64,000 nt of DNA from Dehalococcoidia bacterium (GCA_048539495.1 JBLYPS010000003.1:31486-95485); one strand, 5' to 3'. Shown: positions 48,012 to 58,938, numbered from the stretch's first letter. Numbers and translations: made by a program. The notes: generated by a model from the sequence alone, not told the origin.

Positions 48012-50093
48012 ATGATGTCACGCACAATCCCCCTGGAACGCATTCGTGATATCGGGATCATCGCTCATATCGATGCGGGGAAGACCACCATAACTGAGAT
48101 GATCCTTCATCACAGCGGGCGAACCTACAAGATCGGCCGGGTGGATGATGGGACCGCAGAGATGGATTGGATGGATCAGGAACGAGAGCGAGGGATTACC
48201 ATTACTGCTGCGGCAACCAGTTGCGACTGGCAAGACCATCGGATCAACATTATCGACACCCCCGGCCATGTGGACTTCACCGCCGAGGTGGAGCGAAGCC
48301 TCCGTGTCCTCGACGGTGGGGTGATGATCTTCGATGGCGTAGCCGGCGTTGAATCTCAATCGGAGATGGTGTGGCGTCAGGCAAACAAGTACAGGGTTCC
48401 AAGAATTTGCTTCGTGAATAAGATGGACCGAATGGGTGCCGACCTCTGGCGCACCGTTGACATGATGAAAAAGCGGTTGAATGCTAACGTTGGGCTTACT
48501 CAATTACCACTTGGGGAAGAATCTTCATTAACCGGGGTCATCGATATCATTGAGGAAAAGGCTTATAAGTTCTCGGGGGAATTGAATTCGGAGCTAACAG
48601 AGATCCCCATTCCCGATGAATACCGGGATAACGCAGCCCGGTATCGGCGGGCACTGATCGAGAATCTGGCTGAGGCCGACGATGAGATCATGCTTGCCTA
48701 TGTCGCCGATGAGAAGATCGACGTTGCGGCTATCAAAGCGGGCCTGCGCCGGGCCACCATCTCTGCCAGGATTGTTCCGGTCCTGTGCGGCAGTGCCCTG
48801 AGGAACATCGGCATTCAGCCAGTCCTCAACGCCATTGTAGATTATTTGCCTTCCCCCCTGGATATGCCCCCAATTCGGGGGTCAGGGGTCATAGAAGAGT
48901 TGCGTTACCCCGATGATGACGCCCCATTCTCTGCTTTAGCCTTCAAGATAGTCACCGACCCGTTCATCGGCCGCCTGGTATATCTCAGGGTATATTCCGG
49001 GAGGATCAAGTCCGGGGCGGTAGTTTATAACGCTGTTACGGGAAAAAAGGAACGGATCGGGCGTCTGTACCAGATGCACGCCAACAATCGGGTGGAAATC
49101 CCAGAAATTGACAGCGGCAGCATCGCGGCCGCTGTCGGGTTGAGGAATACCTCCACCGGTGATACGATTTGCGACGCCGAACATCCGATCATTTTGGAAT
49201 CAATTACCTTCCCTGAGCCGGTAATCTCGGTTGCCATCGAGCCCATGTCCAGAGGTGATCAGGACCGGATAGTGGATGCCCTTACAAAGCTCGCTGAAGA
49301 AGACCCGACATTCAAGGTGCAGTATAATCAGGAAACCGGACAAACACTCATCTCCGGCATGGGAGAACTTCAGTTAGAGGTTATCGTAGTTCGCTTATTG
49401 CGCGAGTTCAGGGTGAAAGCAAAGGTAAGCAGACCCCGTGTGGCTTACAAGGAAACCATAACTATCCCTGCCAGGGCTGAGGGTCGCTTCGTTCGCCAGA
49501 CCGGCGGGAGGGGTCAATACGGGCACGTGTGGCTCGAGATCGAGCCAATGGAGCCCGGCACGGGATTCGAATTTGTGAATCGCATCCAGGGCGGGGTTGT
49601 ACCCCGCGAATATATCCCGGCGGTGCAGACTGGGATCAAGCAAACCTTCGCCGAAGGGGTTATCGCCGGCTATCCGGTGGTTGACGTCCGGGCGACCATT
49701 GTGGACGGCAGCTATCATGAGGTGGACTCCTCCGAGCCAGCCTTCAAGATGGCCGGTGCCATAGCAGCGAGGGAATGTGTGCGGAAGGCCGCACCGGTCA
49801 TCCTTGAGCCCATCATGAAACTAGAGGTAGTCACACCCCAGGAATTCCTCGGCGATGTGATCGGCGGCCTCAATGCGAGGAGGGGAAACATCGATGGGAT
49901 TGAGCCACGTGAGGCGCTCACCGTAATCCAGTGTTTTCTTCCATTGGCGGAGAGCTTTGGTTATGCCACTGACTTGAGGTCGATAAGTCAGGGCCGGGCG
50001 AGTTTTTTCATGGGGTTTGATCGCTACCAGGCGGTTTCTAAGGAACTGGCTGATAGCATTATCGGAAAATACCGGTCTGGAAATAGCGGATAA
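48012..50093 (+). CDS. fusA: Elongation factor G
   Basis: 'IRDIGIIAHIDAGKTT' and 'DTPGHVDF' motifs are present. The 694-aa product starts at MMSRTIPL. Confidence 0.95.
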   Translation: MMSRTIPLERIRDIGIIAHIDAGKTTITEMILHHSGRTYKIGRVDDGTAEMDWMDQERERGITITAAATSCDWQDHRINIIDTPGHVDFTAEVERSLRVLDGGVMIFDGVAGVESQSEMVWRQANKYRVPRICFVNKMDRMGADLWRTVDMMKKRLNANVGLTQLPLGEESSLTGVIDIIEEKAYKFSGELNSELTEIPIPDEYRDNAARYRRALIENLAEADDEIMLAYVADEKIDVAAIKAGLRRATISARIVPVLCGSALRNIGIQPVLNAIVDYLPSPLDMPPIRGSGVIEELRYPDDDAPFSALAFKIVTDPFIGRLVYLRVYSGRIKSGAVVYNAVTGKKERIGRLYQMHANNRVEIPEIDSGSIAAAVGLRNTSTGDTICDAEHPIILESITFPEPVISVAIEPMSRGDQDRIVDALTKLAEEDPTFKVQYNQETGQTLISGMGELQLEVIVVRLLREFRVKAKVSRPRVAYKETITIPARAEGRFVRQTGGRGQYGHVWLEIEPMEPGTGFEFVNRIQGGVVPREYIPAVQTGIKQTFAEGVIAGYPVVDVRATIVDGSYHEVDSSEPAFKMAGAIAARECVRKAAPVILEPIMKLEVVTPQEFLGDVIGGLNARRGNIDGIEPREALTVIQCFLPLAESFGYATDLRSISQGRASFFMGFDRYQAVSKELADSIIGKYRSGNSG

Positions 50094-50128
50094 GGTCGCC
50101 CCCACGCGGGGACGTGGATTGAAAAAAG

Positions 50129-50437
50129 ATGCCAAAACAAAAAATCAGGATCAAACTAAGGTCTTACGATTATCGGGCACTGGATCAATCGGCGGCTCAT
50201 ATAGTTGAGGCGGCGGAAAGCACCGGGGCTGCGGTGGTGGGGCCTGTGCCTCTACCCACCCATATCAAGAAGTTCTGCGTTATCCGCTCGCCGGTGATTG
50301 ATAAGGACTCTCGGGAGGAGTTCGAGATCCGCACTCATAAGCGATTGATAGATATACTCGATCCGACATCGAAGACGGTCGATTCCCTCACCCGCCTCAA
50401 TCTGCCCGCCGGCGTGAGCATCGAGATAAAGGTCTAA
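50129..50437 (+). CDS. rpsJ: 30S ribosomal protein S10
   Basis: '[18 protein letters not shown]' matches S10. It follows fusA directly, with no tuf in between. Confidence 0.95.
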   Translation: MPKQKIRIKLRSYDYRALDQSAAHIVEAAESTGAAVVGPVPLPTHIKKFCVIRSPVIDKDSREEFEIRTHKRLIDILDPTSKTVDSLTRLNLPAGVSIEIKV

Positions 50438-50512
50438 TGGGTAGTGGGTAATGGGTAATGGGGGCTACGGGGTACCCCTATAACCTATGACCTATCACCT
50501 ATTACCCAGGAT
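50438..50512. repeat. Family C palindromic repeat ((GGGTAAT)n - GGGGTACCCC - (CTATNACC)n)
   Basis: The sequence is 'tgggtagtgggtaatgggtaatgggggctacggggtacccctataacctatgacctatcacctattaccc'. The rpsJ TAA stop lies in the adjacent 'ctaatggg'. Confidence 0.6.
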
Positions 50513-50516
50513 TAAT

Positions 50517-51146
50517 ATGTTCTCTGGAATTTTAGGTAAAAAGATAGGCATGACCCAAATCTTTGCCGAGGACGGCACCGTGGTGCCGGTTACGGCCATC
50601 GAAGCGGGTCCCTGTATGGTGACGCAGGTCAAGAGCATGGATACCGACGGATATAATGCCGTCCAGCTTGGATTTGGAGAGTCCAGGCGATTGAACAGAC
50701 CTGAGATGGGACATCTCAAAAAGTTGGGGGCATTCCGGCACCTGCGTGAATTCAGATTCGAGGATATCTCCGCAATCGCGCCTGGACAGAAGGTAAATGC
50801 CGATATATTCCAGTCCGGCGACATCGTTGATGTAATCGGCACTTCGAAGGGAAGGGGATTTGCCGGGGTAGTAAAACGACATCATTTCAGCGGCGGGCCG
50901 AAAACGCACGGACAGTCCGATCGACACCGTGCCCCTGGATCCGTCGGGAGTGGTACCGATCCCGGTAAGGTATGGAAAGGACAGCGCATGGCCGGACATA
51001 TGGGCAATGCCTGGGTCACAGTCAGAAACCTTAAGGTGATAATGGCCGACCCCGACCGAAATCTGCTTCTCGTTCGAGGGGCAGTGCCCGGGGCCAGAAA
51101 TGGTTTGTTGATTATCAAGAAATCAACGAGAGGCAGATCAACATGA
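50517..51146 (+). CDS. rplC: 50S ribosomal protein L3
   Basis: 'MFSGILGKKIGMTQIF' matches L3. Confidence 0.95.
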   Translation: MFSGILGKKIGMTQIFAEDGTVVPVTAIEAGPCMVTQVKSMDTDGYNAVQLGFGESRRLNRPEMGHLKKLGAFRHLREFRFEDISAIAPGQKVNADIFQSGDIVDVIGTSKGRGFAGVVKRHHFSGGPKTHGQSDRHRAPGSVGSGTDPGKVWKGQRMAGHMGNAWVTVRNLKVIMADPDRNLLLVRGAVPGARNGLLIIKKSTRGRST

Positions 51147-51188
51147 CCAAAGCGGCCAATTATCTTGTCTTAGGCGTGGGGTGACATA

Positions 51189-51851
51189 ATGCAAGTTTCA
51201 GTGTATAATACTCAAGGGGCAGTAGTAGGACAGCTTGATCTAGATGAGAGGGTCTTTGCCGTGCCCATGAATGAGGCCATCGTTCACCAGGCACTGGTGA
51301 GACAGCAAGCTAACGCACGCGTGGGCACTGCCAGCACTAAGACGCGCAGCAACGTGTCCGGAAGTGGTCGCAAGCTGTATCGCCAGAAGCATACTGGCCG
51401 GGCGCGAGCGGGGGACTTAAGGTCGCCACTGCGTCGTCATGGAGGCATAACATTTGGACCCCACCCCCGGAGTTACCGGCAACAAATGCCCAAGAAGATG
51501 CGTCGCCTGGCGATAAGGTGCCTGCTCTCAGCAAAGGTATCGGACGGGGAACTGAAGGTGATAGATAAACTGGAGATGAGCGAACCCAAAACCAGGGACA
51601 TGATCAGCATGTTGCAAACATTAGGGATTGACCGCTCGGCGCTCATCGCTTTATCCTCACCGAATGCCAGCGTGGTCAGGTCGGCGAGCAATGTCAAGGG
51701 AGCCAAGATAATTCAAGCTCGACTACTAAACGTGCTTGACCTGCTAACGTATGGCGGTCTAATAATCACCGCCGATGCCGTGCGTGTGGTGGAAGGACTT
51801 TGGGGAGGTGAATCGAGATGCATATCTACGAAGTGCTCCGCCGACCGGTGA
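51189..51851 (+). CDS. rplD: 50S ribosomal protein L4
   Basis: The L4 pattern is present. The 3' end overlaps the rplW start by 34 nt. Confidence 0.9.
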   Translation: MQVSVYNTQGAVVGQLDLDERVFAVPMNEAIVHQALVRQQANARVGTASTKTRSNVSGSGRKLYRQKHTGRARAGDLRSPLRRHGGITFGPHPRSYRQQMPKKMRRLAIRCLLSAKVSDGELKVIDKLEMSEPKTRDMISMLQTLGIDRSALIALSSPNASVVRSASNVKGAKIIQARLLNVLDLLTYGGLIITADAVRVVEGLWGGESRCISTKCSADR

Positions 51852-52096
51852 TCACCGAGAAGAACACCGACCTGATGACCCGGAACAAGTACGTTTTTGA
51901 GGTTATGAAAAGTGCTAATAAGGATCAGGTCAAAGCCGCAGTGGAGAAAGCCTTCAAGGTCACGGTTGTCTCGGTAAACACGGTCATGGTTCACAGCAAG
52001 CCCAGGGGCTACGGGAGGCTTAAAGGACACCGTCCATCCTGGAAGAAGGCCATTGTCACCCTTATGGAGGGAGATAAGATCGAGATATTTGGGTAA
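51818..52096 (+). CDS. rplW: 50S ribosomal protein L23
   Basis: '[14 protein letters not shown]' matches L23. The terminal Gly and TAA stop are encoded by the first GGGTAA unit of the downstream repeat. Confidence 0.95.
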   Translation: MHIYEVLRRPVITEKNTDLMTRNKYVFEVMKSANKDQVKAAVEKAFKVTVVSVNTVMVHSKPRGYGRLKGHRPSWKKAIVTLMEGDKIEIFG

Positions 52097-52172
52097 TGGG
52101 CAATGGGTAATGGGGTGTTACGCGGTACCCCTATAACCTATGACCTATAACCTATAACCTCGGATAAACATG
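52090..52172. repeat. Family C palindromic repeat
   Basis: The sequence is 'gggtaatgggcaatgggtaatggggtgttacgcggtacccctataacctatgacctataacctataacctcgg'. Confidence 0.6.
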
Positions 52173-52997
52173 GGAGTCAAGATATATAAGCCAACATCGC
52201 CAGGCAGAAGGGACATGACTGGCCAAAGCTTCAGTGAGCTGACTAGAAAGAAGCCAGAGAAATCGCTCGTGGTGCCCATGCGCAAGAAAGGCGGCCGCAA
52301 TAACCAGGGGCGGATAACGGTACGGCACCGCGGTGGGGGTGCGAAGAGAAACTACCGCATTATTGATTTCAAGCGAGATAAATTTGACATTCCCGGCAAA
52401 GTGGCTGCCATAGAGTATGATCCCAACCGCTCGGCGCACATCGCCCTTATCCACTATGTTGATGGCGAAAAGCGATATATCCTCGCTCCACTGAAGCTCA
52501 AGGTCGGAGCGGAGATTATGTCAGGCAGAAATGCGGAGATCATGGTGGGAAATGCCTTGCCGCTCCGACTCATTCCCGCAGGCACCCCGATCCATAATAT
52601 TGAACTTCAACCGGGCCGGGGGGGACAACTGGTGCGAAGCGCGGGAACATCAGCACAGCTCATGGCAAAGGAGAATGACTATGCCCTGGTACGACTCCCT
52701 TCGAAGGAGATTCATCGTATTCGAGTGGAGTGCATGGCAACCGTTGGGCAAGTGGGAAGCGTTGACCATGATAGCATCAGCCTGGGCAAAGCGGGCAGGA
52801 AGCGACTCATGGGTTGGCGCCCGACCGTGCGGGGTTCGGCCATGTCACCACGTGACCACCCCCATGGTGGTGGTGAGGGAAGAGTAGGGGTAGGTCTCCC
52901 TGGCCCCAAGACCCCCTGGGGTAAGCCCGCCCGCGGTGTCAAGACCAGAAAGAACAAACGTAGCGACAATATGATCGTTAAGAAGTCGAGAGTCTAG
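52170..52997 (+). CDS. rplB: 50S ribosomal protein L2
   Basis: '[16 protein letters not shown]' and 'HGGGEG' motifs match L2. Confidence 0.95.
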   Translation: MGVKIYKPTSPGRRDMTGQSFSELTRKKPEKSLVVPMRKKGGRNNQGRITVRHRGGGAKRNYRIIDFKRDKFDIPGKVAAIEYDPNRSAHIALIHYVDGEKRYILAPLKLKVGAEIMSGRNAEIMVGNALPLRLIPAGTPIHNIELQPGRGGQLVRSAGTSAQLMAKENDYALVRLPSKEIHRIRVECMATVGQVGSVDHDSISLGKAGRKRLMGWRPTVRGSAMSPRDHPHGGGEGRVGVGLPGPKTPWGKPARGVKTRKNKRSDNMIVKKSRV

Positions 52998-53031
52998 ACT
53001 CCAGATCAGAGCTAATACGGAGGAAGTTAAC

Positions 53032-53325
53032 TTGGGAAGATCCACGAAAAAAGGCCCATTCGTCGATGTCAAGTTGATGAAGAAGGTGAATGCCCTCAGA
53101 GAGAGCGGGCAGAAAGCGGTGATCAAGACCTGGGCTCGGAGTTCAATGGTCATACCCCAAATGGTTGGGATTACTATGGCCGTTCATGACGGCAGGAGAC
53201 ACGTTCCTATTTTTATCACCGAAAATATGGTAGGGCACAAACTCGGAGAATTCGTCCCCACACGGACTTATCGCGGACACAGCTCCAAGGCAGAGCGAAT
53301 GTCTCGTGGGGGCAAGGGAAAATAG
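53032..53325 (+). CDS. rpsS: 30S ribosomal protein S19
   Basis: 'STKKGPFVD' and '[24 protein letters not shown]' match S19. The gene uses a TTG start. Confidence 0.9.
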   Translation: MGRSTKKGPFVDVKLMKKVNALRESGQKAVIKTWARSSMVIPQMVGITMAVHDGRRHVPIFITENMVGHKLGEFVPTRTYRGHSSKAERMSRGGKGK

Positions 53326-53370
53326 AGCAAGGGATAAGGGATAGGGGATAACCCCTAACCCATAGCTATG
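53326..53370. repeat. Family C' repeat ((GGGATAA/GGGATAG)n ... CCCCTAACCC)
   Basis: The sequence is 'gcaagggataagggataggggataacccctaacccatagctatgg'. The rplV ATG lies inside its last unit. Confidence 0.5.
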
Positions 53371-53700
53371 GAAGTAAGAGCAACAGCAAAGGGAGTGCGG
53401 GTTTCGCCACAGAAAGCGCGGCGTATTGTCAATTCGGTGCGGGGAAAGATGCCCGATGAGGCTCTGGCTATTCTGAGATTCATGCCTAGCCCGACGGCTC
53501 GCATCGTGGCGCGGGTGGTGAAATCGGCCGCTGCCAATGCAGAGAACAACTTCAAGATGTTGCCGTCAGAGATTAGAATCGTAAGAGCGTTTGTCGACGA
53601 AGGGTTGAGGATGAAGAGAATCCGTTTTAAGGCCCGCGGAAGGGTAAACCCGATTCTCAAACGCCTCAGCCATATTACCATCGTGGTTGAGGAGAGATAG
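53368..53700 (+). CDS. rplV: 50S ribosomal protein L22
   Basis: 'VRVSPQKARRIVNSVRGK' matches L22. Confidence 0.95.
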   Translation: MEVRATAKGVRVSPQKARRIVNSVRGKMPDEALAILRFMPSPTARIVARVVKSAAANAENNFKMLPSEIRIVRAFVDEGLRMKRIRFKARGRVNPILKRLSHITIVVEER

Positions 53701-54381
53701 ATGGGGCAGAAGGTTCATCCTGTGGGATTCCGACTCGGTTCCTATAAGACCTGGCTATCCAGGTGGCACGACGAAGGGAACTATGCTGACCTATTGCACC
53801 AGGATCTGACCATTCGCAGTACTATTGAATCTCAATATCAAAGGGCCGGCATCTCCCGAGTGGAGATCGAGCGCGGCACCGGTGAAATCACCGTCATCAT
53901 CAATACCTCCAGGCCAGGGATAGTCATCGGACGTGGTGGGCAGAGGGTTGACGAGATGAGAGGGCTCTTGCAAAAACTGACTATGAAGAAGATTCATCTG
54001 AATATTCAAGAGATTCGAGAGCCAGACCTCGATGCTTACCTGGTAGCCAGAAATATCGCCGACCAACTTGAGAGAAGAATCTCTTATCGCCGGGCGGTAA
54101 AGCGGGCTATCTCCCAAACTATGGAGGCTGGGGCCAGGGGAATAAAAGTCAGGATCGGCGGGAGGCTTGGGGGGCATGAGATCGCTCGACGCGTAACGGA
54201 GCACCAGGGCAGCGTTCCGCTTCACACCCTGTGCGCCAACATTGACTACGGTCTTGCAGAGGCGCTCACTAATACGGGCAAGATTGGGGTGAAGGTCTGG
54301 ATTTATAAAGGCAATTTTATCCCCGAGTCCCGCCGCGTAGCCGAGGTAGGAGTATTGGAACCCGCCCAAGAAGGCAGTTAG
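53701..54381 (+). CDS. rpsC: 30S ribosomal protein S3
   Basis: 'GQKVHPVGFRLG' and KH/S3-C domains are present. Confidence 0.95.
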   Translation: MGQKVHPVGFRLGSYKTWLSRWHDEGNYADLLHQDLTIRSTIESQYQRAGISRVEIERGTGEITVIINTSRPGIVIGRGGQRVDEMRGLLQKLTMKKIHLNIQEIREPDLDAYLVARNIADQLERRISYRRAVKRAISQTMEAGARGIKVRIGGRLGGHEIARRVTEHQGSVPLHTLCANIDYGLAEALTNTGKIGVKVWIYKGNFIPESRRVAEVGVLEPAQEGS

Positions 54382-54416
54382 ACTGAAGGCTGAAGACTGT
54401 TAGATTACTTCAGCCC
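54381..54416. repeat. Family B palindromic repeat
   Basis: The sequence is 'gactgaaggctgaagactgttagattacttcagccc'. The rpsC stop is embedded. Confidence 0.45.
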
Positions 54417-54426
54417 ATCTAGAAAA

Positions 54427-54903
54427 ATGTTGCAGCCAAAGAGAGTAAAATTTCGTAAGAGCCAGCGTGGCCGTCGCAGGGGCAAGGCATACTCGGGCAA
54501 CATGGTGGACTTCGGCGAGTTCGGATTGCAGGCTCTCGAGCCAGCCTGGATCACCAGTCGCCAGATCGAGGCCGCCAGGCGGGCCATCGTGCACCATATC
54601 AAGCGCGGAGGTCAGGTTTGGATTCGTATCTTCCCGGACAAACCGGTCAGCGCCCGGCCGCCAGAGACTAGAATGGGCAAGGGTAAGGGGCCGGTGGATC
54701 ACTGGGTGGCAGTGGTGAAACCGGGCAGAGTGCTATTTGAGATCGCCGGCATTCGCGAGGACACGGCACGAGAGGCGCTGCGCCTAGCCTCACATAAACT
54801 TCCTATTTCTACCCGGATGATTACAAAAGAACAAAGGATAGCCACAGAGGTCACAGAGAAAATGAATCAAAAGAATCTCTCTGTGTGCTCTGTGGCTGAA
54901 TAA
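54427..54903 (+). CDS. rplP: 50S ribosomal protein L16 with a repeat-encoded C-terminal tail
   Basis: '[16 protein letters not shown]' matches L16. The last ~20 residues '[21 protein letters not shown]' are encoded by the family E hairpin. Confidence 0.9.
   Translation: MLQPKRVKFRKSQRGRRRGKAYSGNMVDFGEFGLQALEPAWITSRQIEAARRAIVHHIKRGGQVWIRIFPDKPVSARPPETRMGKGKGPVDHWVAVVKPGRVLFEIAGIREDTAREALRLASHKLPISTRMITKEQRIATEVTEKMNQKNLSVCSVAE
54836..54903. repeat. Family E hairpin (GGATAGCCACAGAG ... CTCTGTGTGCTCTGTGGCTGAATAA)
   Basis: The sequence is 'ggatagccacagaggtcacagagaaaatgaatcaaaagaatctctctgtgtgctctgtggctgaataa'. A copy is at 62943-63017. Each sits immediately upstream of a small r-protein gene start. 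Confidence 0.6.
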
Positions 54904-54907
54904 AAGA

Positions 54908-55105
54908 GTGCGAATAAGCGAGATTCGGAAACTGAGTTACCAAGAGTTGACGCGAGAGCTTGAGAGCTCCCACCGGGAGCTTTTTAATCTGCGATTCAGG
55001 GCAGCTACCAGGCAATTGACAAACTATCGTGAGATCAATAAGGTGAAGAAGGATATCGCCAGACTCAAGACGGTGATCCGGGAAACGGAGCTATCGGGGA
55101 GTTAG
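54908..55105 (+). CDS. rpmC: 50S ribosomal protein L29
   Basis: '[25 protein letters not shown]' matches L29. The gene uses a GTG start. Confidence 0.9.
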   Translation: MRISEIRKLSYQELTRELESSHRELFNLRFRAATRQLTNYREINKVKKDIARLKTVIRETELSGS

Positions 55106-55110
55106 ATGTT

Positions 55111-55368
55111 ATGGGGAACAGACGAACCCTTGTGGGCAACGTGGTGAGCAATAAGATGGATAAGACCGTCGTGGTGATGGTTACCAGACGCCATCAACAC
55201 CCCCACTATAAGAAGTACATTGAGGAGAGCAAGAAATTCAAGGCCCATGACGAGACTAACGCCTGCAATGTCGGTGATAGGGTAAAAATCATCGAAACGC
55301 GACCCCTATCCCGGGAAAAGCGTTGGAGAGTGGCCGAGGTCCTGGCTAAAAAGGCTGAAGGAGGCTAA
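55111..55368 (+). CDS. rpsQ: 30S ribosomal protein S17
   Basis: '[16 protein letters not shown]' matches S17. The C-terminal 'AEGG' and the stop are encoded by the family B repeat. Confidence 0.95.
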   Translation: MGNRRTLVGNVVSNKMDKTVVVMVTRRHQHPHYKKYIEESKKFKAHDETNACNVGDRVKIIETRPLSREKRWRVAEVLAKKAEGG

Positions 55369-55391
55369 TAGCCTAACAGTCTTCAGCCTAT
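55352..55391. repeat. Family B palindromic repeat
   Basis: The sequence is 'aggctgaaggaggctaatagcctaacagtcttcagcct'. Confidence 0.5.
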
Positions 55392-55412
55392 CCGCCTACG
55401 AAATGAGGAATC

Positions 55413-55781
55413 ATGATTCAGATATACACCAGACTTAAAGTTGCGGACAACACCGGCGCGCGGGAAATCATGTGTTTCAACATCCCCGGAGGTACGAAGA
55501 GAAGATATGCGACGGTGGGGGATTTGATCGTGGCCTCAGTTAAGGAGACCGTACCCGGTTCTGCAGTCAAGAAAGGGGAGGTAGTGCGAGCGGTGGTGGT
55601 CCGCGTGGTGAAGACATATGGCCGTCGCGATGGCTCGCATATCCGGTTCGACGAGAATGCCGCGGTTATCTTAGACGAAAGAGGAAATCCCAAAGGTAGC
55701 CGCATATTTGGTCCCGTAGCGCGAGAGCTTCGGGAGAAGAATTTCATGAAGATTGTCTCGCTGGCCCCCGAGGTACTGTGA
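55413..55781 (+). CDS. rplN: 50S ribosomal protein L14
   Basis: '[17 protein letters not shown]' matches L14. Confidence 0.95.
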   Translation: MIQIYTRLKVADNTGAREIMCFNIPGGTKRRYATVGDLIVASVKETVPGSAVKKGEVVRAVVVRVVKTYGRRDGSHIRFDENAAVILDERGNPKGSRIFGPVARELREKNFMKIVSLAPEVL

Positions 55782-55806
55782 CGGGCAAGATGCCCGTCCT
55801 ACGAAG

Positions 55807-56121
55807 ATGAGAAAAATACGAAAGAATGACGAGGTGGTGGTAATCTTGGGAAGGGATCGGGGAAAGAAAGGGAAGGTTCTGATCTCTACCCCGGACGCCG
55901 ATCGTCTGATAGTCGAAGGGGTCAACATGATCAAGCGCCATACGAAACCCGGGCGTACCATGAGACAAGCCGGAATCATCGAGCGAGAAGCGACGCTGCA
56001 CATCTCCGATGTGAAGTTGATCTGCAAGAAGTGTAACCAGCCTAGCCGGGTTGGGTTTCGTCTCCTGGAAGACAGGAGCAAGGTCAGATTTTGCAAGAAA
56101 TGCCATGAGGTGATCGATTAA
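55807..56121 (+). CDS. rplX: 50S ribosomal protein L24
   Basis: '[24 protein letters not shown]' matches the KOW motif of L24. The start is at the internal ATG. Confidence 0.9.
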   Translation: MRKIRKNDEVVVILGRDRGKKGKVLISTPDADRLIVEGVNMIKRHTKPGRTMRQAGIIEREATLHISDVKLICKKCNQPSRVGFRLLEDRSKVRFCKKCHEVID

Positions 56122-56669
56122 TGGCTCAGATGCCACGACTTAGGCAGAGGTACCTCCAGGAAATAGCCCCTCAGATGATGAAGGAGCAGGGATACCGAAG
56201 CATAATGAGAGTGCCACGTCTGGAGAAGATCGTGCTCAACATAGGTCTGGGCGAAGCTATCCAGAACCCTAAAGCTCTGGAAGCAGCCTCTAACGACCTG
56301 GCGACAATCTCGGGACAACGCCCGGTGACTACCCGCGCCAGGAAGTCGATAGCTGGCTTCAAGCTGCGCCAGGGCATGGCTATCGGACTGTCCGTGACCC
56401 TAAGGAATAGGAGGATGTACGATTTCCTGGATCGGTTGGTTAATGCAGTCCTCCCTCGTATAAGGGACTTTCATGGCGTCTCCCAAGATTCCTTCGACGG
56501 CCGAGGTAACTACTCTTTAGGAATAAAGGAGCAGATTATCTTCCCCGAGATAAACTATGCTAAAATAGATAAGATTCGAGGTTTACAGGTTTCTATCGTG
56601 ACTACGGCACGCACCGATGAGGAAGGGAGGCGTCTTCTGGAGCTCATGGGCATGCCCTTTGCTAGATAA
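56121..56669 (+). CDS. rplE: 50S ribosomal protein L5
   Basis: '[15 protein letters not shown]' matches L5. Confidence 0.95.
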   Translation: MAQMPRLRQRYLQEIAPQMMKEQGYRSIMRVPRLEKIVLNIGLGEAIQNPKALEAASNDLATISGQRPVTTRARKSIAGFKLRQGMAIGLSVTLRNRRMYDFLDRLVNAVLPRIRDFHGVSQDSFDGRGNYSLGIKEQIIFPEINYAKIDKIRGLQVSIVTTARTDEEGRRLLELMGMPFAR

Positions 56670-56743
56670 ACAAGTACTCTGGGTCGTCTCTGACCCAGAG
56701 TACCATCTTCGAGGTCAGGAACGACCTCGAATACGGAGATAAT

Positions 56744-56929
56744 GTGGCGAAGACTTCTCAAATAGTAAAATCACAGAAAACCCCCAAATATGCGGTGAGG
56801 CATAGGAATCGCTGCCGCCTCTGTGGCCGACCCCGGGCCTACCTGCGCTATTTTGAGCTCTGCCGCATTTGCTTCCGAAAGCTGGCCAACGAGGGACTCC
56901 TCCCCGGGGTGAGGAAGTCCAGTTGGTAA
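56744..56929 (+). CDS. rpsN: 30S ribosomal protein S14 type Z (zinc-binding)
   Basis: The 61-aa product has 'CRLCGR...CRICFR' motifs. Confidence 0.95.
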   Translation: MAKTSQIVKSQKTPKYAVRHRNRCRLCGRPRAYLRYFELCRICFRKLANEGLLPGVRKSSW

Positions 56930-56944
56930 TCCAGGAGAGCAACC

Positions 56945-57346
56945 ATGAGTACAACTGATGTTATAGCCGATATGTTAACCAGAGTAAGGAACGCCAATAT
57001 GGTTGGCGCTGATTTCACCCTGGTTCCTTCCTCTAAGATCAAGATCGCCATCGCCGAGGTGATCAAGGATCAGGGATTCATCAAAAATTACGAGATATTG
57101 ATGAGCAATACACCACAGCGGGTCATAAAGATACACCTTAAGTATACTGCGGAAAAGAAGCCGATACTGAAAGGCCTTAAGCGTGTAAGTAAACCCGGTA
57201 TGAGGGTGTATGCAGGAAAAGGGGAAATCCCGCGAGTATATGGCGGATTAGGGATCGCCATTCTCTCTACTCCCCAGGGGATAATGGTGGGAAAAGAGGC
57301 ATGGAGGAAAGGCATTGGCGGGGAGATTCTATGCTATGTATGGTAA
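56945..57346 (+). CDS. rpsH: 30S ribosomal protein S8
   Basis: 'TDVIADMLTRVRNA' matches S8. Confidence 0.95.
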   Translation: MSTTDVIADMLTRVRNANMVGADFTLVPSSKIKIAIAEVIKDQGFIKNYEILMSNTPQRVIKIHLKYTAEKKPILKGLKRVSKPGMRVYAGKGEIPRVYGGLGIAILSTPQGIMVGKEAWRKGIGGEILCYVW

Positions 57347-57352
57347 GAGACG

Positions 57353-57898
57353 ATGTCGAGAGTAGGTAGAAAGCCGATACCAGTACCTGAAGGGGTTGAG
57401 GTGAACTTTAAGAGAGGCGAGATTTTCGCCAGAGGACCCCGGGGAACGCTCAGCCGTTCCATACCCCCCGATATGTTGATTGAACTTAGTAATGGGGTTC
57501 TCACAGTATCAAGGCCTACAGACAATAAGATCCACCGCTCCCTTCACGGCCTCACCAGGACGCTTATCGCCAACATGGTTCAAGGGGTAAGCGAGGGATT
57601 TCAAAAGGGTCTGGAGGTCATGGGAGTGGGATACCGAGTCCAGATTTCGGGAGAGAAACTGATCTTCCAACTGGGTTATTCCCGTCCTGTCGAGATCTCG
57701 GCTCCAGCAGGTATATCATTTAGTGTCGAAGGAACCAATAAAGTGATAGTCTCAGGGATCGATAAGGAGCTGGTGGGTAAGGCATCAGCGCAGATTAGAG
57801 CGCTGAGATCACCCGACCATTACAAAGGTAAGGGCATACGTTATTCCGGCGAGCGAGTGCGTCTCAAGGCAGGCAAATCAGGGAAGGCGAGAGAATAG
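57353..57898 (+). CDS. rplF: 50S ribosomal protein L6
   Basis: 'MSRVGRKPIPVPEGVEV' matches L6. Confidence 0.95.
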   Translation: MSRVGRKPIPVPEGVEVNFKRGEIFARGPRGTLSRSIPPDMLIELSNGVLTVSRPTDNKIHRSLHGLTRTLIANMVQGVSEGFQKGLEVMGVGYRVQISGEKLIFQLGYSRPVEISAPAGISFSVEGTNKVIVSGIDKELVGKASAQIRALRSPDHYKGKGIRYSGERVRLKAGKSGKARE

Positions 57899-57976
57899 GC
57901 ATTCAGCCATCAGTCAGTAGGTCGATTTTCCAAAGCGACGTTTTTGTCGAGATATGAACCTCGACCCAACAATATT

Positions 57977-58345
57977 ATGACAAGTGCGATAGACACCAGA
58001 GCTAACCGAAGGAAGCGGCATCTGCGGACTCGAAGGAAGGTCCGGGGTACGGCTATCAGGCCTCGTCTTTGCGTTTTCCGCAGCCTGAAGTATGTCTATG
58101 CCCAGCTTCTGGATGATACATCGGGGCAGACACTGACGTCAGCTTCCTCGATTGATCCCGAGTTGAGGGCACATACTCAATCTAAGACCAAGACCGAGGA
58201 TGCTAGACTCGTGGGCGCATTATTGGGCCGGCGAGCCCAGGATAAGGGAATTGAGCAGGTTGCCTTCGACCGTGGGGGATACAAGTATCACGGCCGGGTT
58301 AAAGTACTGGCAGAGGCAGTTAGAGAAACGGGACTAAAATTCTAG
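57977..58345 (+). CDS. rplR: 50S ribosomal protein L18
   Basis: '[26 protein letters not shown]' matches L18. A TTG at 57944 is an alternative start. Confidence 0.9.
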   Translation: MTSAIDTRANRRKRHLRTRRKVRGTAIRPRLCVFRSLKYVYAQLLDDTSGQTLTSASSIDPELRAHTQSKTKTEDARLVGALLGRRAQDKGIEQVAFDRGGYKYHGRVKVLAEAVRETGLKF

Positions 58346-58395
58346 GGATAAGGGATAGGGGATAACCCATAACACTTAACCCCTAGCGGATTGAA
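58346..58395. repeat. Family C' repeat (GGGATAA units)
   Basis: The sequence is 'gggataagggataggggataacccataacacttaacccctagcgg'. The rplR TAG stop lies in the leading 'ctaggg'. Confidence 0.5.
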
Positions 58396-58401
58396 ACAAA
58401 G

Positions 58402-58938
58402 ATGAATGAAAGAATTGATCCAGAGGGACTAAGCCTGACTGAGACGTTGGTTCATGTCAGACGAGTGGCCAAGACGGTGGGCGGAGGGCGAAAACTTTCC
58501 TTCAGTGCCCTGGTAGTGGTTGGCGATAATCAGGGTCATGTAGGCTCCGGCCTTGGCAAGGGCAAAGAAATTCCGGTGGCCATCGGAAAGGGGACAGCCG
58601 CAGCCAAGAAGAACCTTATTCGGGTGCCGATGAATGGGAGCACTATTACTCACGAGATAACTGCCAAGTTTGGCGCTGCTAAGGTCTTGCTCAAACCAGC
58701 AGCCCCTGGAACCGGAGTGATTGCCGGCAAGGCAGTCCGATCCGTGATTGAGTCCGCCGGGATAAAGGATATCCTGAGTAAATCGCTGGGCAGCACTAAT
58801 CCTATCAATGTAGTTCAGGCGACTATACGCGCGCTGAGCGAGCTAAAGGATCCGAAACGAGAGTCAAGAGTCCAGACTCCAGAGTCGAGAGTCAAGGAGG
58901 GAGGGGAACTCCAGAATCCACTTGACATTGTCAGATGA
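58402..58938 (+). CDS. rpsE: 30S ribosomal protein S5 with a repeat-derived C-terminal extension
   Basis: An S5 dsRBD and C-terminal domain are present. The tail '[28 protein letters not shown]' is encoded by a heptamer array (58858-58900) and the end of the MITE-like element. Confidence 0.9.
   Translation: MNERIDPEGLSLTETLVHVRRVAKTVGGGRKLSFSALVVVGDNQGHVGSGLGKGKEIPVAIGKGTAAAKKNLIRVPMNGSTITHEITAKFGAAKVLLKPAAPGTGVIAGKAVRSVIESAGIKDILSKSLGSTNPINVVQATIRALSELKDPKRESRVQTPESRVKEGGELQNPLDIVR
58858..58900. repeat. Heptamer array with G-rich core inside the rpsE 3' end
   Basis: The sequence is 'gagtcaagagtccagactccagagtcgagagtcaaggagggagggg'. Confidence 0.55.
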
